Positions 12,580-26,497 of a DNA stretch of 64,000 nucleotides are shown here, piece by piece; the stretch's first letter is position 1, and every line of letters starts with the position of its first letter. The notes beneath the pieces were generated by a model, which was given only the letters and a program-made list of their open reading frames with translations, ran no database searches and had not been told where the DNA came from. A program made the translations under genes and the position numbers. Source of the DNA: the human T2T-CHM13v2.0 reference genome, Homo sapiens; the NCBI RefSeq assembly GCF_009914755.1, contig NC_060927.1. One strand, written 5' to 3'.

Positions 12580-13172
12580 AGGAGGAGATGGTGACAGATT
12601 ACAGGAAGGTGGCGGGGGGCAGTGAGTGGGGTTGGTTTGGGGATAAAATCCATGGTGAACAAAAGTTGTCTTGTTGTGCAGATATAACCTCTCAGGTAGC
12701 AGCTCTCGGGTAGCCTGAGGCAAAACCTCTCTAGGTGATGTGTTGACCTTTGATTTCTTTTCCAGAGAGAAAATCTTTCCTAGATCTGTTTTTAGGCAAA
12801 TATGGGGACCTCAGAGAACCTCTGCTTGCATCCACTGTTTCCTGCTGTTTATCAATCAGCATACCAAAGTGTCATACTTTGGGGAATTGTTTCCTGAGCT
12901 GCAACAATTGTCATATTTGGGAATGCGTCACAGAATTAGAAATGATCAGACAGTTTTAAGAACTAAGACTGATTTTTATGGAGCCAATGTTTACAAAGTC
13001 CTATTGGGCAAACTGGTCTGGTACCTGATTTATAGGTTTCCAGTCTCACAGATGAGAAACAAAGGTCACTTCCTGGCCCAGGAAATTTTGGGAACCTCTA
13101 GAAGAGAGGAATTCATCCAAATCTCTAGGAACTGTAGGTGGACAGTTCTTGGCTTGGCTTCCTAGCCTTGAG
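12580..13172 (-). mobile_element. MER4-group ERV1 fragment: LTR part (12580-12906) plus internal 3' region
   Basis: Minus strand TGTTGCAGCTCAGGAAACAATTCCCCAAAGTATGACACTTTGG is a MER34/MER39-type LTR start; adjacent MER4-int-like sequence. Confidence 0.65.
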
Positions 13173-13179
13173 AAAGTGC

Positions 13180-13232
13180 TTCCTCAGCCTCCCAAAGTGC
13201 TGGGATTATAGGCGTGAGCCCCTGCACCCAGC
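13180..13232 (-). mobile_element. Alu 5' fragment
   Basis: CCTCAGCCTCCCAAAGTGCTGGGATTATAGGCGTGAGCC. Confidence 0.8.
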
Positions 13233-15267
13233 TTTTCCTGAGCCTTTTGTTTCTTTGCTGCAGCTTTCCATTTTTTTCTTCTTTTCCAGGGTGCTTGTAA
13301 TTGCTCATTGAAGCATTTTTATGATAATTGCTTAAAATCATTGTCAGATAATTCTAATATCTCTTGGTGTGGCATCTATTGATTTCCATTCCCCCTTTTT
13401 TCATTTAGTTTGAGATCTTCCTGGTCCTTAGTAAGACGAATGATTTTCAATTAAATCTTAGAAATTTTGATAGCTATAAATGCTTGCATTGGAAGAAATG
13501 AGAGATCTCAAATTAATAACCTAACTTTATACCTTAAAGAACTAGATAAAGAAGATCAAACTAAGCACAAAGCTAGAAGAAAGGAGGAAATCATAAATGT
13601 TAGAGCAGAGATAAATAAAAAAGAGAATGGAAAAAAATAGAGAAAATTAATAAAACCAAGATTTGGTTTTTCAGAAAGATCAACGACAATCTTTGCTAGA
13701 TTGGCAAAGATAAAAAAGAAAGAAGACTCTCAAATAACTAATATCAGAAATGAAAATGGAGACATTACTACTGATTTTAACAGAAATAAAAGAGATCATA
13801 AGAAAGTACTATGAACAATTATATGCCAACAAATTGTATAACCTAGATGACATGGACAAATTCCTAGGAACAGTTTCCATCAAACTGAATTGTGGAGAAA
13901 TAGAAGATCTGAATAAACCTATAATGAGTAAGGAGATTAATTCAATAATCGAAAACCTCCTAACGAAGACAAGCCCCAGACAGTTGGCTTAACTGGTGAG
14001 TTCTAATGACATTTAAAGAATTAATAGCCATCCTTCTCAAACTCTTCCAAAAAGTTGAAGAGGAAGGAACAGTTCTTAACTCATATTTGTGAAGCCAGAT
14101 AAACATATGAAAAGAAAACTACAGACTGATATCCTTTATGACTATTGATGCAAAACTCAACAAAACACAACAAAATTCAGCAGCAAATTAAAAGGGTTAT
14201 ACACCATGACCAAGAAGGATTTATCCTTGAATGTAAGGGTGGCTCAACACACAAAAATAAATCAAGGTAATACATGACATTAATAGAATGAGGAAAAAAA
14301 AATGAATGATCCTCTCAATTATTCAACATCTGACAAAATTCAACACCCTTTCATAATAAAAGACACTCAACAAAATAGGAATAGAAGGAAAATACCTTAG
14401 TATAATAAAGGTCATATGTGAAAGAAAACCCACAGCTTATATAATACTCAATGGTGAAAGAATGAAATCTTTTTCTCTAAGATCAGGAATGAGACAGGGG
14501 TGCCTGCTCTCACCACTTCTATTCAATATAACATTGGAAGTCTTAGCCAGAGCAACTGGAATGAAAAAGAAATAAAAGGCAACCAAATCAGAAAGGAAGA
14601 TGTAAAATTATCTCTGTTCACAGATGACATGATCATATATGCAGAAAATCCTAAAGATTCCACCAAAAGCACCTGTTAGAACTAATACATAAATTCAGCA
14701 AAGTTGCAGGATACAAAACCAATACCCCAGAATTCGTTGAATTTCTATGCACTAACAATGAACAACCTGAGAAGGAAATTAAGAACACAGTTCCATCTAC
14801 AATAGCATCAAAAAGGCTGAAATACTTAGAAATAAACTTAACCAAGGAGGTAAAAGACTTGTATATTGCAGATCACAAATATTGCTGAAAGAAATTAAAG
14901 AAGTCACAAATAAATTGAAAGACATCCTGTGTTTACAGATTGGAAGACTTAATATTGTTAACTATTAGTATTACAAAACAATCTACAGAGTCAATGCAAT
15001 TTCTATCAAAATCCCAATGACTATTTTGTGGAAATAGAAAAGTTCATCCTAAAATTCATATGGACTCTCAAGGAAACCCAAATAGCCCAAATAGAAATAA
15101 AAACAAGGTTGGAAGTCTCACGCTTCCTAATTGCAAAACTTACTACAAAGATATAGTAATCAAAACAGAATGGTAATAGCATAAACACAGACATGTGGAC
15201 AAATGCAATAGAATAGAGGGCCCACGATTAAACTCTCATAATTTTTGACAAGAGTGCCAAGGCCATT

Positions 15268-15650
15268 TGTTATAGACTAAATTATATTCCCTCAAAATTC
15301 ATATGTTGAAATTCCAACCCCTGTTATCTTAGAATGTAACTATATTTGGAGAGAAAGTCTAAGAGTTGGTTAGGTTAAAATGAGGCTGTTAGGACTGAGT
15401 GTTAATCTAATGTGACTGGTGCCCTTATAAAAGAGAGGAACAGACACCTGGAGCATGTGTGTACAGAGGAATGACCAGGGGGAAAGGAAACAAGACATCA
15501 GCCATCTGCAAGCCAAGGAGAGAGGCCTCAGAGGAAACCAGGACCTTGATCCTTGATTTTCAGCCTGCAGAACTGTGAGGAAATACATTTCTGTTGTTTG
15601 AGTCACCAGCCTGTGGTATTTTGTTAGAACAGCTCTAGGCAACTAGTATA
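15268..15650 (+). mobile_element. MLT1B-like MaLR solo LTR
   Basis: TGTTATAGACTAAAT..AAAATTCATATGTTGAA start; GAAATACATTTCTGTTGTTTGAGTCACC..CTAGTATA end; flanks CCATT/CTGTT. Confidence 0.85.
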
Positions 15651-15834
15651 CTGTTCAGTGGGGGGAAAGAATAGTCTTTTCAACAAATGGTCTTGGGAAA
15701 ACTAGATATTATCCACATGCAGAGGAATAATGAAGTGGGGCCCCTGTGTTACACCATATACAAAAATTAACTCGCAGTGGATCAAAAACCTAAATGTAAG
15801 AGCTGATCTATAAAACTATTTGAAGAAAACAACC

Positions 15835-16146
15835 AGCCGGGCACGGTGGCTCACACCTGTAATCCCAGCACTTTGGGAGGCAGAGGCGGGAGGATCATGA
15901 GGTCAGGAGATTGAGACCATCCTGGATAACACGGTGAAACCCCGTCTCTACTAAAAAAAATACAAAAAGTTAGCTGGGGGTGGTGGCGTGTGCCTGTAGT
16001 CCCAGCTACTTGGGACGCTGTGGCAAGAGAATGGCATGAACCTAGGAGGCAGAGCTTGCAGTGAGGGGAGATCACACCACTGCACTCCAGCCTAGACAAC
16101 AGAGTGAGACTCCATCTCAAAAACAAAAACAAAAACAAACAAACAA
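15835..16146 (+). mobile_element. AluY/AluSc8-type element with TSD AAAACAACC
   Basis: Full dimer with AGAATGGCATGAACC and GAGCTTGCAG diagnostics; TSD at 15826-15834 and 16147-16155. Confidence 0.92.
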
Positions 16147-16338
16147 AAAACAACCAAATAACCTGATTCAAAATTGGGCAAAGGACTTAAATCGATATTT
16201 CTCCAAAGAAGAGATACAAATGACCAGTAAGCCCATGAAGAGATGTTCAACATTCCTAATCATTAGGGAAATGAAAATCAAAACCACAAGAAAATACCAC
16301 TTCACACCCAATAGTATGGCTTTTAGCAAAAAAGAAAT

Positions 16339-16369
<31 letters not shown>

Positions 16370-16378
16370 TACACACAC
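16339..16378. repeat. (CA)n microsatellite
   Basis: Seen directly. Confidence 0.95.
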
Positions 16379-17028
16379 CAGAAAATAAGTGTTAGAGAGT
16401 ATGTGAAGAATCTGGAACCCTTGCGCACTGTTGGTGGGATTGTAAAATGGTGCAGAGGCTATGGAAAGCAGTATGACAGTTCCTCGAAAAATTAAAAATA
16501 GAATTTTCATGTGATCCAGCAATTCCAATTCCGGATATACACCCAAAAGATTTGAAAGGAAGGACTCAAACAGATATTTGTACTCCCAAGTTTATAGTGC
16601 ATTATTTGCAATAGCCAAAAGGTGAAAACAACCCAAATATCTATAGACAGCTGAATGGATAAACGAAATGTGGTATATAGGTACAATGGAATATTATTCA
16701 GCCTTAAGGAAATTCTGACACTTACTTCAACATGGATGAACCTTGAAGACATTACACTAAGTGAAATAAGCCAGTCACAAAAAGAGAAATACTGTATGTT
16801 TTCACTTACATAAGATAACAAGAATAGTCAAATTTACAGAAGCAGAAAGCAGAATAGGGGTTGCCAGGGGCTGGAGGGAGGGAGGAGTTAGTGCTTAATG
16901 GGTACAGAGTTTCAGTTTGGGAAGATGAAAAAGTTCTGGAGATGGAAGGTAGTGATGGTTGTGTGATATGAGAGTACTTAGTGCCTCTGAACTGTACCCT
17001 TAAAATGGTTTAAAATGGTACATTTGAT

Positions 17029-17055
17029 TATATATATATATATATATATATATAT
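17029..17055. repeat. (TA)n microsatellite
   Basis: Seen directly. Confidence 0.95.
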
Positions 17056-19034
17056 TACCACATTAAAAAACCTGGAAATTTGGGGCATTATATATTATGA
17101 GACTTTGGAACTTTTTTAAACCTGCTGGCTTTGGAGGGGAAGGGAGCTGGCTTTGGAGGGGAAGGGAGGGTGCTGCCGGGTTTGTACAAGGTAGAAGTTC
17201 TGTTCATGGCCCAAAATGGCAGAGCCAGTACTTGACACCATGGCTTCTAATGATAGATCTAGCTCTCTCGGATACCGAGGGCCAGCTGACGTTAGACATC
17301 ATGGATTTGTGTTTTCCCTACACCTGGATGAATTTCTCTAGCAGGTTGGGCACAAAACTAGAGAAATGGGATTGCGAGACAGGGTCAAGGTTGGGTTCTT
17401 CCAGGCAGGCATCTCAGAAGAGCATACCTGGAGTATGTTCAGGGAGTGTCCAGGGGTAATGAGGCCATACCCACCTCACGTGTGGTCAATGGAGTGTACT
17501 GGTAAGGACTATGTGACTTAATCAAGAATTAAGTGAAGACAGCAAGGGGATGATAATATCCAGGGGAAATGGTGGGTCGAAGTTTCTAGGGAGTGCTTGA
17601 TGGGGTGGAAACACAGGTGGGGGTGATGGTAAGGAGGATGTGCAAGAATAGGCACTATAGGCAGTTGTGGTTAGAGAAGGAGATGCTAAAGATTTCTTGA
17701 TAGGGCAGATCCTGGAAGTGACAAGATTTGTGGTGTGGGTAGCTGAAAGGTGGGGGAGGCAAAGGATTTGAGGTCAAGAAATGCAAGGGCATAAAGGTAA
17801 AATCTTTCCCAAGATTACACCAGTAGTCCATGGGAGAGGTGGGACTCAAACCAGACTCAGAATCCAGAGAGGAGCTGGAGAACACGGGGCATGACCAAGG
17901 GGGTGAGGAGTGGTGGGGATGATGAGTGAGAAGGCTGGCCCAGGCAGCTCTCATGATGCTCAAAAGAGATGGGTGTTTGCATGCACAGCTTAGAAGGGAA
18001 CACAGGGTGAAAGAAGGATGCTGGCCTTACAGCAACAATGTTCACTTGCAGAGTTTTTTGGTACCTCTGTGCACTGTGCCTGGTGCTAGGGACATTGAAA
18101 TAAAAGATATAGGTGCTGCCCACAGGAAACACACAGTCACTGGGAGAGGCGGGCACATAAGCCCATCTGCAAAACAGAATGATACTCTGATAACCGCTGT
18201 TGGACCAAGCAGTGAGGGAGTGGCCCTGGCTGGAGTGGTGAGGTCAGGCACAGGAGGGAGGTGATGCTTAGGCACTTTGTGCGAACTTCACTAGTTGGGC
18301 CTGATGGAGCAGACGCAAGAGTGGGGTGGAAGGATACAACTGAGAAAGAGTCTGGTGTATTCAGGAGCCTCTGCGTGGCTTGGCGTGGGGAGCACCAGGA
18401 CCATATGTCAGGGGATGAGGGTAGGCAGGGCCCTCACTAGGTCGTGTCTGCAGTTTGGCCTGAGTGTCATAGGAGGGGAGTGACAGGGAACAATTTGCAT
18501 TTTAGAAAACGTGAAAGGGCAGATGAAAAAAATGAGCACAATGACTGCAGTATAAAATGTATTACTAGGCCGGCACAAGTAAAAATGAACAGGTTCTTAG
18601 AGGAGGATTATGTTCTCATTCCTTTTCAGGAAGTTTCCTTTATCATGACATTGTTTTTACACCAAAATGTGATTACTGTAAAAAGGGAACTGTGGTTAGT
18701 GTGAAAAGGGAACAAGCATGGAGTTACCAGAATCACATTTTCCTGACTGGAAAGAAGTCACAAGAAAACAACAGAGAACACTCACTCCATGTTCAGCATG
18801 AAGGAGAACTGCATGATCCAGGGAGGTTTAGGGGACCAAGAAGGTGGATAGGCTCTAACTGGGGCAGGCAGCAGGTGCGGCTGCAGAAAAGCGAAGGACT
18901 CCGAGCCCCGTGGTGCCTGCCTAAGAGTGAGCCAAACTCAGAAAGCCTGAGGCCCTTCTAGATGAAAGGTGACTGATGCAAAGCTTGATCCCAGATTGGA
19001 TCTGGGTTATGGGAAGACAGCTCACCAGGGACTA

Positions 19035-19410
19035 TTTAAGGGCAATTGGCGAAATGTAGACATGGAAGATGGACCAGACAACAGCATGAGATGAATGTTA
19101 AATTTCCTGATTTTGATCCTTGTTCTGTGGCTATGTAAGAGAATGTCCTTACTTTTAGAAAATACACATGGGGCATTTTTGGGAAGTTTTTAAGGGCATG
19201 GTGTCTGTAACTTACTCTCAAGCAGTTCAGGAAAATAATATATAAATTAGATATGAAGAGAAGTGAGGGGAGGAGAATAACACAAATGGGGGCAAAATAT
19301 TAACATTGGTGCATCTGGATAAGATGATCTTTGGACAGAGTTCTTTGAACTATTCTTGAAACATCTGCATAAAATTTGAAGTTATATCAAATTTGAAACT
19401 TACAAAGAAA
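19035..19410 (+). mobile_element. L1MC/ME 3'UTR fragment
   Basis: AATGTTAAATTTCCTGATTTTGAT..GAGAATGTCCTT..TAACTTACTCTCAA phrases. Confidence 0.7.
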
Positions 19411-20484
19411 AGGCTTAGGGTTGGATTCTGCTTGGGCTGGAACATAAACTCAAGGTGAGAATATAGCCAACTTTGTGAATAGAGCAACTGAACCAATACT
19501 GGGTTTTTTGTTTTCTTTAAAAATCATTCTCTGTGGAAGATCAACTTAAATCTATTCTGCCAATATTGATAATTACTGACTAGCATGTGGTTTTATTTGC
19601 ACTATCATTTTAATGGTGTTTACTTTATATATTAATTTTTGGCCTAATTAATTGGAGGCTTCCAGAAGGACGATCCCCTGGAACAATTTTCCTTGTGTTT
19701 CCCCCTTTTTGTTCTGCAAGCGTATAGCGTATGGCAGCAAGGAGGATCTCATTGCTCTCAGGGAGGGTGCAGGACACAAGGGCAGTGTGTGGCCTGATGA
19801 AAGCTGCTTGTCCTGGGAGCCCTCAGCACACAGAACTTTAGTAGAAGGGAAACCCTTTCACATCAGGAGCCAGAAGCCTTGTTAGGGGAGGGACTGCAGA
19901 TATTGAGTCGAGCAAATCTGGCAGGGTGGCTTACGGTGAGAGGAAAGGACTAGTAGGCCAAGGGCAAAGGTAAATTCACCAGGGCAAAGGCAGTCTGAGC
20001 TAAATGCAAGAGCCTGGGCTTTGCTGTGTGTATGCAGGGAGATTATGGAATAGCACAGCCAAGACCAGCAGCCTCCTGGCCCAGCGACTATGGCATGGGG
20101 CCACGCCCTGGGAACGATGGAGCTCCAGGCTTGGAGCATGTGTGAGCTGAAGGACCTCCAGGTGGAGGCTGGTGGGTGGCACCTCGACAGTAGTCTGAAG
20201 CGAGCCAGAGCAGCGAGGGCCTTGCCTCATCAGCAAGCAATTGTCCCTGGGGCTGCACCAGTCAAGGCTTCAACACTGACAATGTGATGTCTCTAGAACA
20301 GAGTAGTGGTGACCAGAATAGCCCCTTCCATTCTCTCCTAGCTTATGTTTGGAAGAAGGACAAAAGCTTTTCAAGCCCTCAGTGTTCTTCTGTTATTTGA
20401 AAAGGAGGCTTCAGGAGGGAGGCACTGGGCACCATTTTTCTGGAACTATTAACTGATGAAATTTTAAAAAAGATGTGTTTGTAC

Positions 20485-20962
20485 CCAGTGGTAGATAATC
20501 TCCAAATGTGGTCACCATCAGGTCCGATGTCCTTTCCTGTATGTGTCAAGGGGGGGAATGTATGTCCCCTCCCCTCATGTCTGGATTTGCCCTGTGCCTG
20601 CTTTGACCAAATGTGGAAGTGATATGCTCGGACTTCCGAGCCCAGGTCTTACGGCCTGGCAGCTTCTGTTTTCTTCCTCCAGGGACATTCACTCTTGGTT
20701 CCTCCCTCTGGATCCCAGTGCCCCTACTATAAGAAGCCCAGTTTAGAGAGGCCAGGTGGTGGAGGGCTGAGGTCCTGACCAACAGCCTCAGCAGAGCTCC
20801 TGGTAGACACAGAACCACCTGGCCAGCTCTGTGAGGGGGGCCAATCTGCACCTGCCAGCCCTGCAGCACCAGCCAAGACCATACAAAGAACCACTCGGTC
20901 AATCCACAGAATCATAATGAATGGCTTTGTTATTTTAAACCACTAAGTTTTAGGGTGGTTTA
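20485..20962 (+). mobile_element. Old MaLR LTR (MLT1H/I-like)
   Basis: GCTTTGACCAAATGTGGAAGTGAT..; ends TTTTAAACCACTAAGTTTTAGGGTGGTTT. Confidence 0.7.
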
Positions 20963-21189
20963 AAAAAAAGTATTGATTGAGCATCAAAATATACCCTAAA
21001 TTAGTCAAGTGAATGAAGCAGAGATTATATATATATCTGTCTCCTAATTGACCAGGTCAGGGAGTGGCTACTTCAGGCTTGGCTGACAGAGCCTGAACCT
21101 CTTTATTCAGCCCACAAAGACTCAGGACACCTCTGATGGCTGTCCCTGCATCTATAGCTTCCTAGACCTTGGCCCAGGGACTCAGAGAT

Positions 21190-21570
21190 GTCAGTGCTGG
21201 AAAGAGCCATAGGGGCCACTTAGTCCAGTGACTTCATGTTGTCAATGGATAAACTGAGCCCAGAGAGGGAAGATGACCTGCTCAGGTCACAGAGCTGGAA
21301 GTGAAGCTGGATCGAGAGTAGGTCTTCTGAAACCACCCCGTTCCTTTTTCCACTGTCATAATTAGGTTCGCCTGTGTTGGCTGCTTTCTGTGTGCCATGC
21401 ACCCTGTGCATTCTCCCTGTGAACCCTCCCTTCAGCTCTCCATCCTCAATGGTCAATACTGTGGCCCACACCCACTTTCCAAAGAGGAAACCAGGGCTGA
21501 GAGGAGGTGAAGTGGTTGCCCAAAGTCATGAACTGGGAAAAGTGGAGCTGGACTTTGAATTCAAGGTTAA
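21190..21570 (+). mobile_element. Two MIR fragments
   Basis: AAACTGAGCCCAGAGAGGGAAGATGACCTGCTCAGGTCACA and GAGGAAACCAGGGCTGAGAGGAGGTGAAGTGGTTGCCCAAAGTCA MIR cores. Confidence 0.75.
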
Positions 21571-22189
21571 GGAAAGGGGCCCCATTGTTGGCAAACACCC
21601 TCCACTGCCCTTTCTTTCATCACAAGGTGGGCTCAGAATTCCAGATTTAGTTTTACCTTTCTGGTGTACCTTTGGATACATTAGTTTGCTGCTGTGAGGT
21701 GAAATGGGAAAGACTGCTCCATAACCTATGATTGCCAGTCAATATGAACACTCTTATAATATGAGGTGCTGTGTAGATGCTCACTCATAACTCATGTTTA
21801 ATTGCATTGTTTTATAGTGAGATTTAAGGAAAGATCTCCTTCTGCCTTTTCTCCTTTTTAAATGTAAACATAGCACAATTTAAAGAGAGGAGTTTTCTCT
21901 CCAGCTCTGCTGAAGCCCCTCATTGGAGTGTGTGGATTCAAATGCTCTCTGACTTCTGGCCACAGCTCACGCTTAAGATGTCCCCAGGGTAGAAAGGAGG
22001 AAGATTGTCCTGGTGTTTTTTTCTGCAGAGGAGGGACCTGGAGCACTGAAGTCTGTGATTCACCTGTTTCAGGTGACTCCTTGGGCTGCTGGGGCTGCCT
22101 CGTGCAGCCTAGGAGAATGGAGGTCGCCAAAGAGCACCCCCTCCAGGCTTGGGGGGGTTCTCAGCCCTACCCAGCAACACTTTTGAGTT

Positions 22190-23800
22190 TCCCCTTTCTG
22201 TGCTACATGTATTTCAGACTCCTTCACTCACTAAAATTCTCTGACCCTCTTCCTGCCCCCGCCATCAGCAAATGACCCTGTCACCTATTTTACCAAGAAA
22301 ATAGAAGGTGTCAGGATAAAACACTCTTAGCTTCTTGCCAGAAATCCTCCCACTTCACCCGTGCTTTCAGCCCTCCTGGGCTTGTTCTCACTGACACATG
22401 GTAAAGGCGAATCCCACCCACCCTGGCTCCCCTCTGCAATGACTTTGCTCCATCAGCTGTGCCTATCTTCTCTCTCTCTCTCTCCATAGCCCACATCTTT
22501 CCCATTGACACAATCCTTCCCTTGATCCCTCCAGCTGCTGCCCTGTCGCTCACCTCTCTTCACAGCTAAACTTTGTGAAGCCAAATGCACGTTCTCAACT
22601 CCTATTTGCTCCTCAAAGTACTCAAATGTGATGTCTGCCATCCCCATTCCACTGAAGCTCATCACTCCACAGTCACTCGTTAAACCCTCTGGGAGGTCCA
22701 GAGGCCTCATTGTAGCTGCTCAACTGCTCAGCTGCACCAGACACTACGACTACCACTAGTGTCCTGAAATGCTCTATTGTTTTTGTTTTTATCTCCTAGA
22801 AAACATCCCTCTCTTAGTTTTCCTCCCATTTCTCTGACTGTTCCTTTACTGTCTTGTCTTTTTCTGTCTCTAAAAGTTTGCTTCTGCCTTGACTTCTGGC
22901 CCTTTCTCTTCCAGCTCATCACATTTTCCCTGGACCAGAGGTCTGGCCAGGGACTGAAGGTAATGCAAACCCAGAGTGGCCAGATAGTCTCATTCTCCAG
23001 AAAAGCCAGAAATCTGGATCTTATTTGAAATCTTTTGGTTATTAAATGCTGGCATTTAGAAGATCTTCTGGGAGCACACATCTCTAGGTGCCCCTGAGCA
23101 TCTCATATGCACCTGAAACTGGTACATCCAGAACCCAATCCGTCATCACACTCCTACCCCTGAGCTGGCTCTGCAATCTCAGTAGATGGTGGTGCCCCCA
23201 ATGAAATGGCCAGAAACAGACACCTGGGACTCCCTGCCACACCCAGCACTTCATAGTCCTGCAGATTCCTCCTCCTGAATACTGTCCACATGGCTCTGTC
23301 CTTACTGCCACTTCTCTATGTTGGGCCACAACCACTTCATCCCTTCAGGAACTCACCCTCCTTCTGGTAAAAAGAGTCCCCATCTCCTGTCTTAGCCTCC
23401 CTTAGTCCTTTCTGCAGCCAGAATGATTCTTCTAAAATTCAAATATGATCATGTCTTTCCCCAAGTTTGACTCATTTGCTGATTGAGTTGGGCCCAAACC
23501 TTCAGTGTGGCTTGCAAGGCTTCTTGTGGTCTGGGCCCTGCTGAACACTCCTGGTCTCCTCCCTCTCTCTGCTCACCCCACCCTGCTCTATGCTCCTGCC
23601 TTTCTCGTCTACTTTTAGTTCCTTAAATGAGTCAAACTCTCTCTCACTTCCAAGTCTTTTTATCTGTCGATCCCTCTGCCTAGCATGTCCTTCATTCCAC
23701 CCCATTTACTGCCACGTTCTTCTTTATTCTCACAACTCATTTTAGAGGTTGCCCTTCTAGGAAGCCCTCCAGATGTCCTCAGCATGTACCAGTTAGTGCC
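22190..23800. mobile_element. L2 LINE fragments
   Basis: Pyrimidine-rich L2 ORF2/3' phrases (CTGCAGCCAGAATGATTCTTCTAAAATTCAAATATGATCATGTC). Confidence 0.65.
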
Positions 23801-23807
23801 CCATCTT

Positions 23808-24900
23808 TTCTTTAAAATAACATCTTTATTGATATATAATTCACATACCACATAATTCACCCACTTAAAGAGTAAAATTCAATGGTTTTTAGCGTATTTA
23901 CAGAGTTATGTGACCATCACTCCAATCAATTTTAGAACATTCTTATCTCCCCAAAGAGAAGTCCTGTACATATTAACAGTCAGCCCCCTTTCCCAGCAAT
24001 CACCCTCCACTGCCACCCAAGCCCTAGGCAATCACTAATCTACTTTTTGTCCCCAGAAATTGGCCTACTCTGGACATTTAGCATAAGTGGAATTAAATAA
24101 CCTGTGGTCCTTTGTGACTGGCTTCTTTCACTTAGCATACTATTTTCAGGTTCTGCATGTTACAGCATGCATCATTACTTCTTTCATTTTTTAATTGCCA
24201 AATAATATTCCCTTGTATCACTATATTGCATTTTATGTATCCATATATCAATTGATGGATATTTAGGTTGCTTCTCCTTTTTGTCTATTATGAATAAGTC
24301 TATTGTAATCATTAGTGCACTTTTTTTTGTGGACAGATTTTTATTTCTTTTGGGTATGTATCCAGGAGTAGAATTGCTAGATCATATGTTAACTCTATGT
24401 TTAGCCTTTTGAGGAACTGCCAGACTGTTTTCCAAAGTTGCTGCACCATTTTACATTACCAACAGCAGCACCTGAGTGTTCCAGTTCCTCCACATCCTTT
24501 TCAACACTTGTTATTGTCTGTCTTTTTGATTATAGCCGTCCTGGGGGGTGTGAAGTCATATCTCATTGTGGTTTTGATCTGCGTTGTCCTGCTGGCAGAT
24601 GTTAAGCATCTTTTCACTTATATATCTTTTTTGAGAAAATATGTATTCAGACCCTTTGTTCATCTTTAAATTGGGTTGTTTGCCATTTGTATGATTGTAT
24701 GTGTTCTAGATACAAGTCTCTTATCAGATGTGTTATTTGCAAATATTTTCTCTCTTTGGGTTTTCTTCTTACTTTCATAATGGTATTCTTTGAAGCACAA
24801 AACTTTTTAATTTGATGTAGTCCAATTTATCTATTTTTTCTTCTGTGGCTTGTACTTTTGGTGTCTTACTTAGAAGGTCTTGTTTACCCCAAGGTTGTGA
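23808..24900 (-). mobile_element. L1MB 3' end
   Basis: TTTATTGATATATAATTCACATACCACATAATTCACCCACTTAAAG terminus; TTTTGAGGAACTGCCAGACTGTTTTCCAAAG. Confidence 0.85.
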
Positions 24901-25444
24901 CAAGCTAGATATACTCAACAATGATCTTAATTAAGTCATAGCCTTTGTGGGTTGTAATTTCCTTTCCTTAAAAACAAAGATAGCAAGAATATCTGGTCTG
25001 TGGATATAGGTTACTGTGAAGGTCAAATGGGATTATGGCTTTTAGGGACCTCTCCCATTAATTAAGCACTTTGCAAGGTGAGTATCAATCATGATGGATC
25101 TGTGGGAAGGAAGGAAAACTCTTGGACCACTGTACCTGCCCTTTGGACATGATCATCTGCATTTCCCTAGGGCTGCCTCCCTCCCTTGCTTCCATGGAGA
25201 CTGCCTCTGAAGAGCCTTTCCCCAGGGGCTGGCCCCGGCACTTCTGCCTCCTAGGCCATTTCTCTGCATGATGATGGAGGGGGCACTAGGGCCTCCTGGG
25301 GTGGTGCTAAGTCTGCGTCTTGCCATGAAGCATGGATTTAGCACATATCCAGTACCAAGCACTTTGCCAGACACCTTGATGGATACAGATAGGAATAAAA
25401 TGTGGTCCTTGAGAGCACAGAGCTTAGTGGAAAAGACAAGCTGC

Positions 25445-25930
25445 TCACATGCACACTCATACACACTCATATACACTTATATGCATATATACTTATGGAT
25501 TCACATACACTGACATATACACAGACATATACACATTCATACACACCATAAAATAAAAATACATGCTTATATACACACTCACAAACACACATATGTATAT
25601 TCACAAACTTTCATGCATGCACACTCATACACAAATGCACTTTTACTCATTCACACGGCACACACTTACACATACATACACTCACAGATTCATATGAGTT
25701 CACACAAGTATCCACATATACATGCTCACACCCATACATATAGTCACAAATACACACTTACCTGTACACTCATACTGGTACATGTACACTAAGACATTCA
25801 CACGCACACAGTCACACAAAGGTACAACCATACACATAACACACACTCATGCACACAATTATACACCTACTCATACAAAACACACACATACACACACATC
25901 CATACACTCACATATACATGCACACAGTGG
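25445..25930. repeat. Degenerate CA/CACATA-rich low-complexity tract (~490 bp)
   Basis: Seen directly. Confidence 0.9.
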
Positions 25931-26466
25931 TATGTATTAAGTGGCAAAATAAAGTCAAAGGAATCCGAGGGAGGTTTTAGATTAATAGAAACTAATATTT
26001 ATTGATCATCTCTTGTATTCCAGGAAATTTACATTAATTATCTGTTTTAATTCTTAAAATTGCCCTAAGATATACTGTCACAGGGAAAGGACATTTACAG
26101 AGGGGAAACTGAGACTCAGAGAGACTGCCTCTGCAGAGTGAGGATTTGAGGCCAGTCTGCTTGATGTCCAAGGCTATGCCCTTTATTCCAGCTGAGTCTG
26201 GGGTGAGCACCTGTAGGGGCTGCTGAGGGTGGTGGTATAGAAGATATTCTATGGGGGTGAGGGAAGAAAATAGGACTCCTATTTATATTTATTTGGATAG
26301 AATACTTTTATCTCTTTTTTTTTACGTTTTTGGAAGTTAATGTTATTATATGAAGATGGTATGCAAAATATAGTACCAAACCATGTCTGTCTTATCTCTG
26401 TAGCATATATTCTTGGTTTGTATAAAAATAACTTTAAAATTCCAGTTTCCTTAGTTATGCACAAAA

Positions 26467-26497
26467 CACACACACACACACACACACGCACACACAC
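26467..26497. repeat. (CA)n microsatellite inherited from the FLT1 3'UTR
   Basis: Seen directly; lies inside the retrocopied 3'UTR. Confidence 0.85.

Larger units (their letters stand above)
13470..17070 (+). mobile_element. L1MB-type LINE (ORF2 plus 3'UTR) hosting MLT1B and AluY
   Basis: ORF2 remnants YYEQLYANKL, RQGC, FTDDMI; 3' end GGGTACAGAGTTTCAGTTTGGGAAGATGAAAAAGTTCTGGAG. Confidence 0.88.

Noticed and set aside
15820-16160. Alu-mediated deletion of L1 sequence at the AluY
   Set aside because: The Alu has an intact AAAACAACC TSD, so the L1 deletion predates it.
17070-20480. Short ORFs or exons of a chemokine-receptor gene in the less repetitive stretch
   Set aside because: No GPCR or other recognisable protein motifs; ORF lengths are compatible with chance.
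25445-25940. His/Thr-rich ORFs
   Set aside because: Translation artefacts of the CA-rich low-complexity tract.
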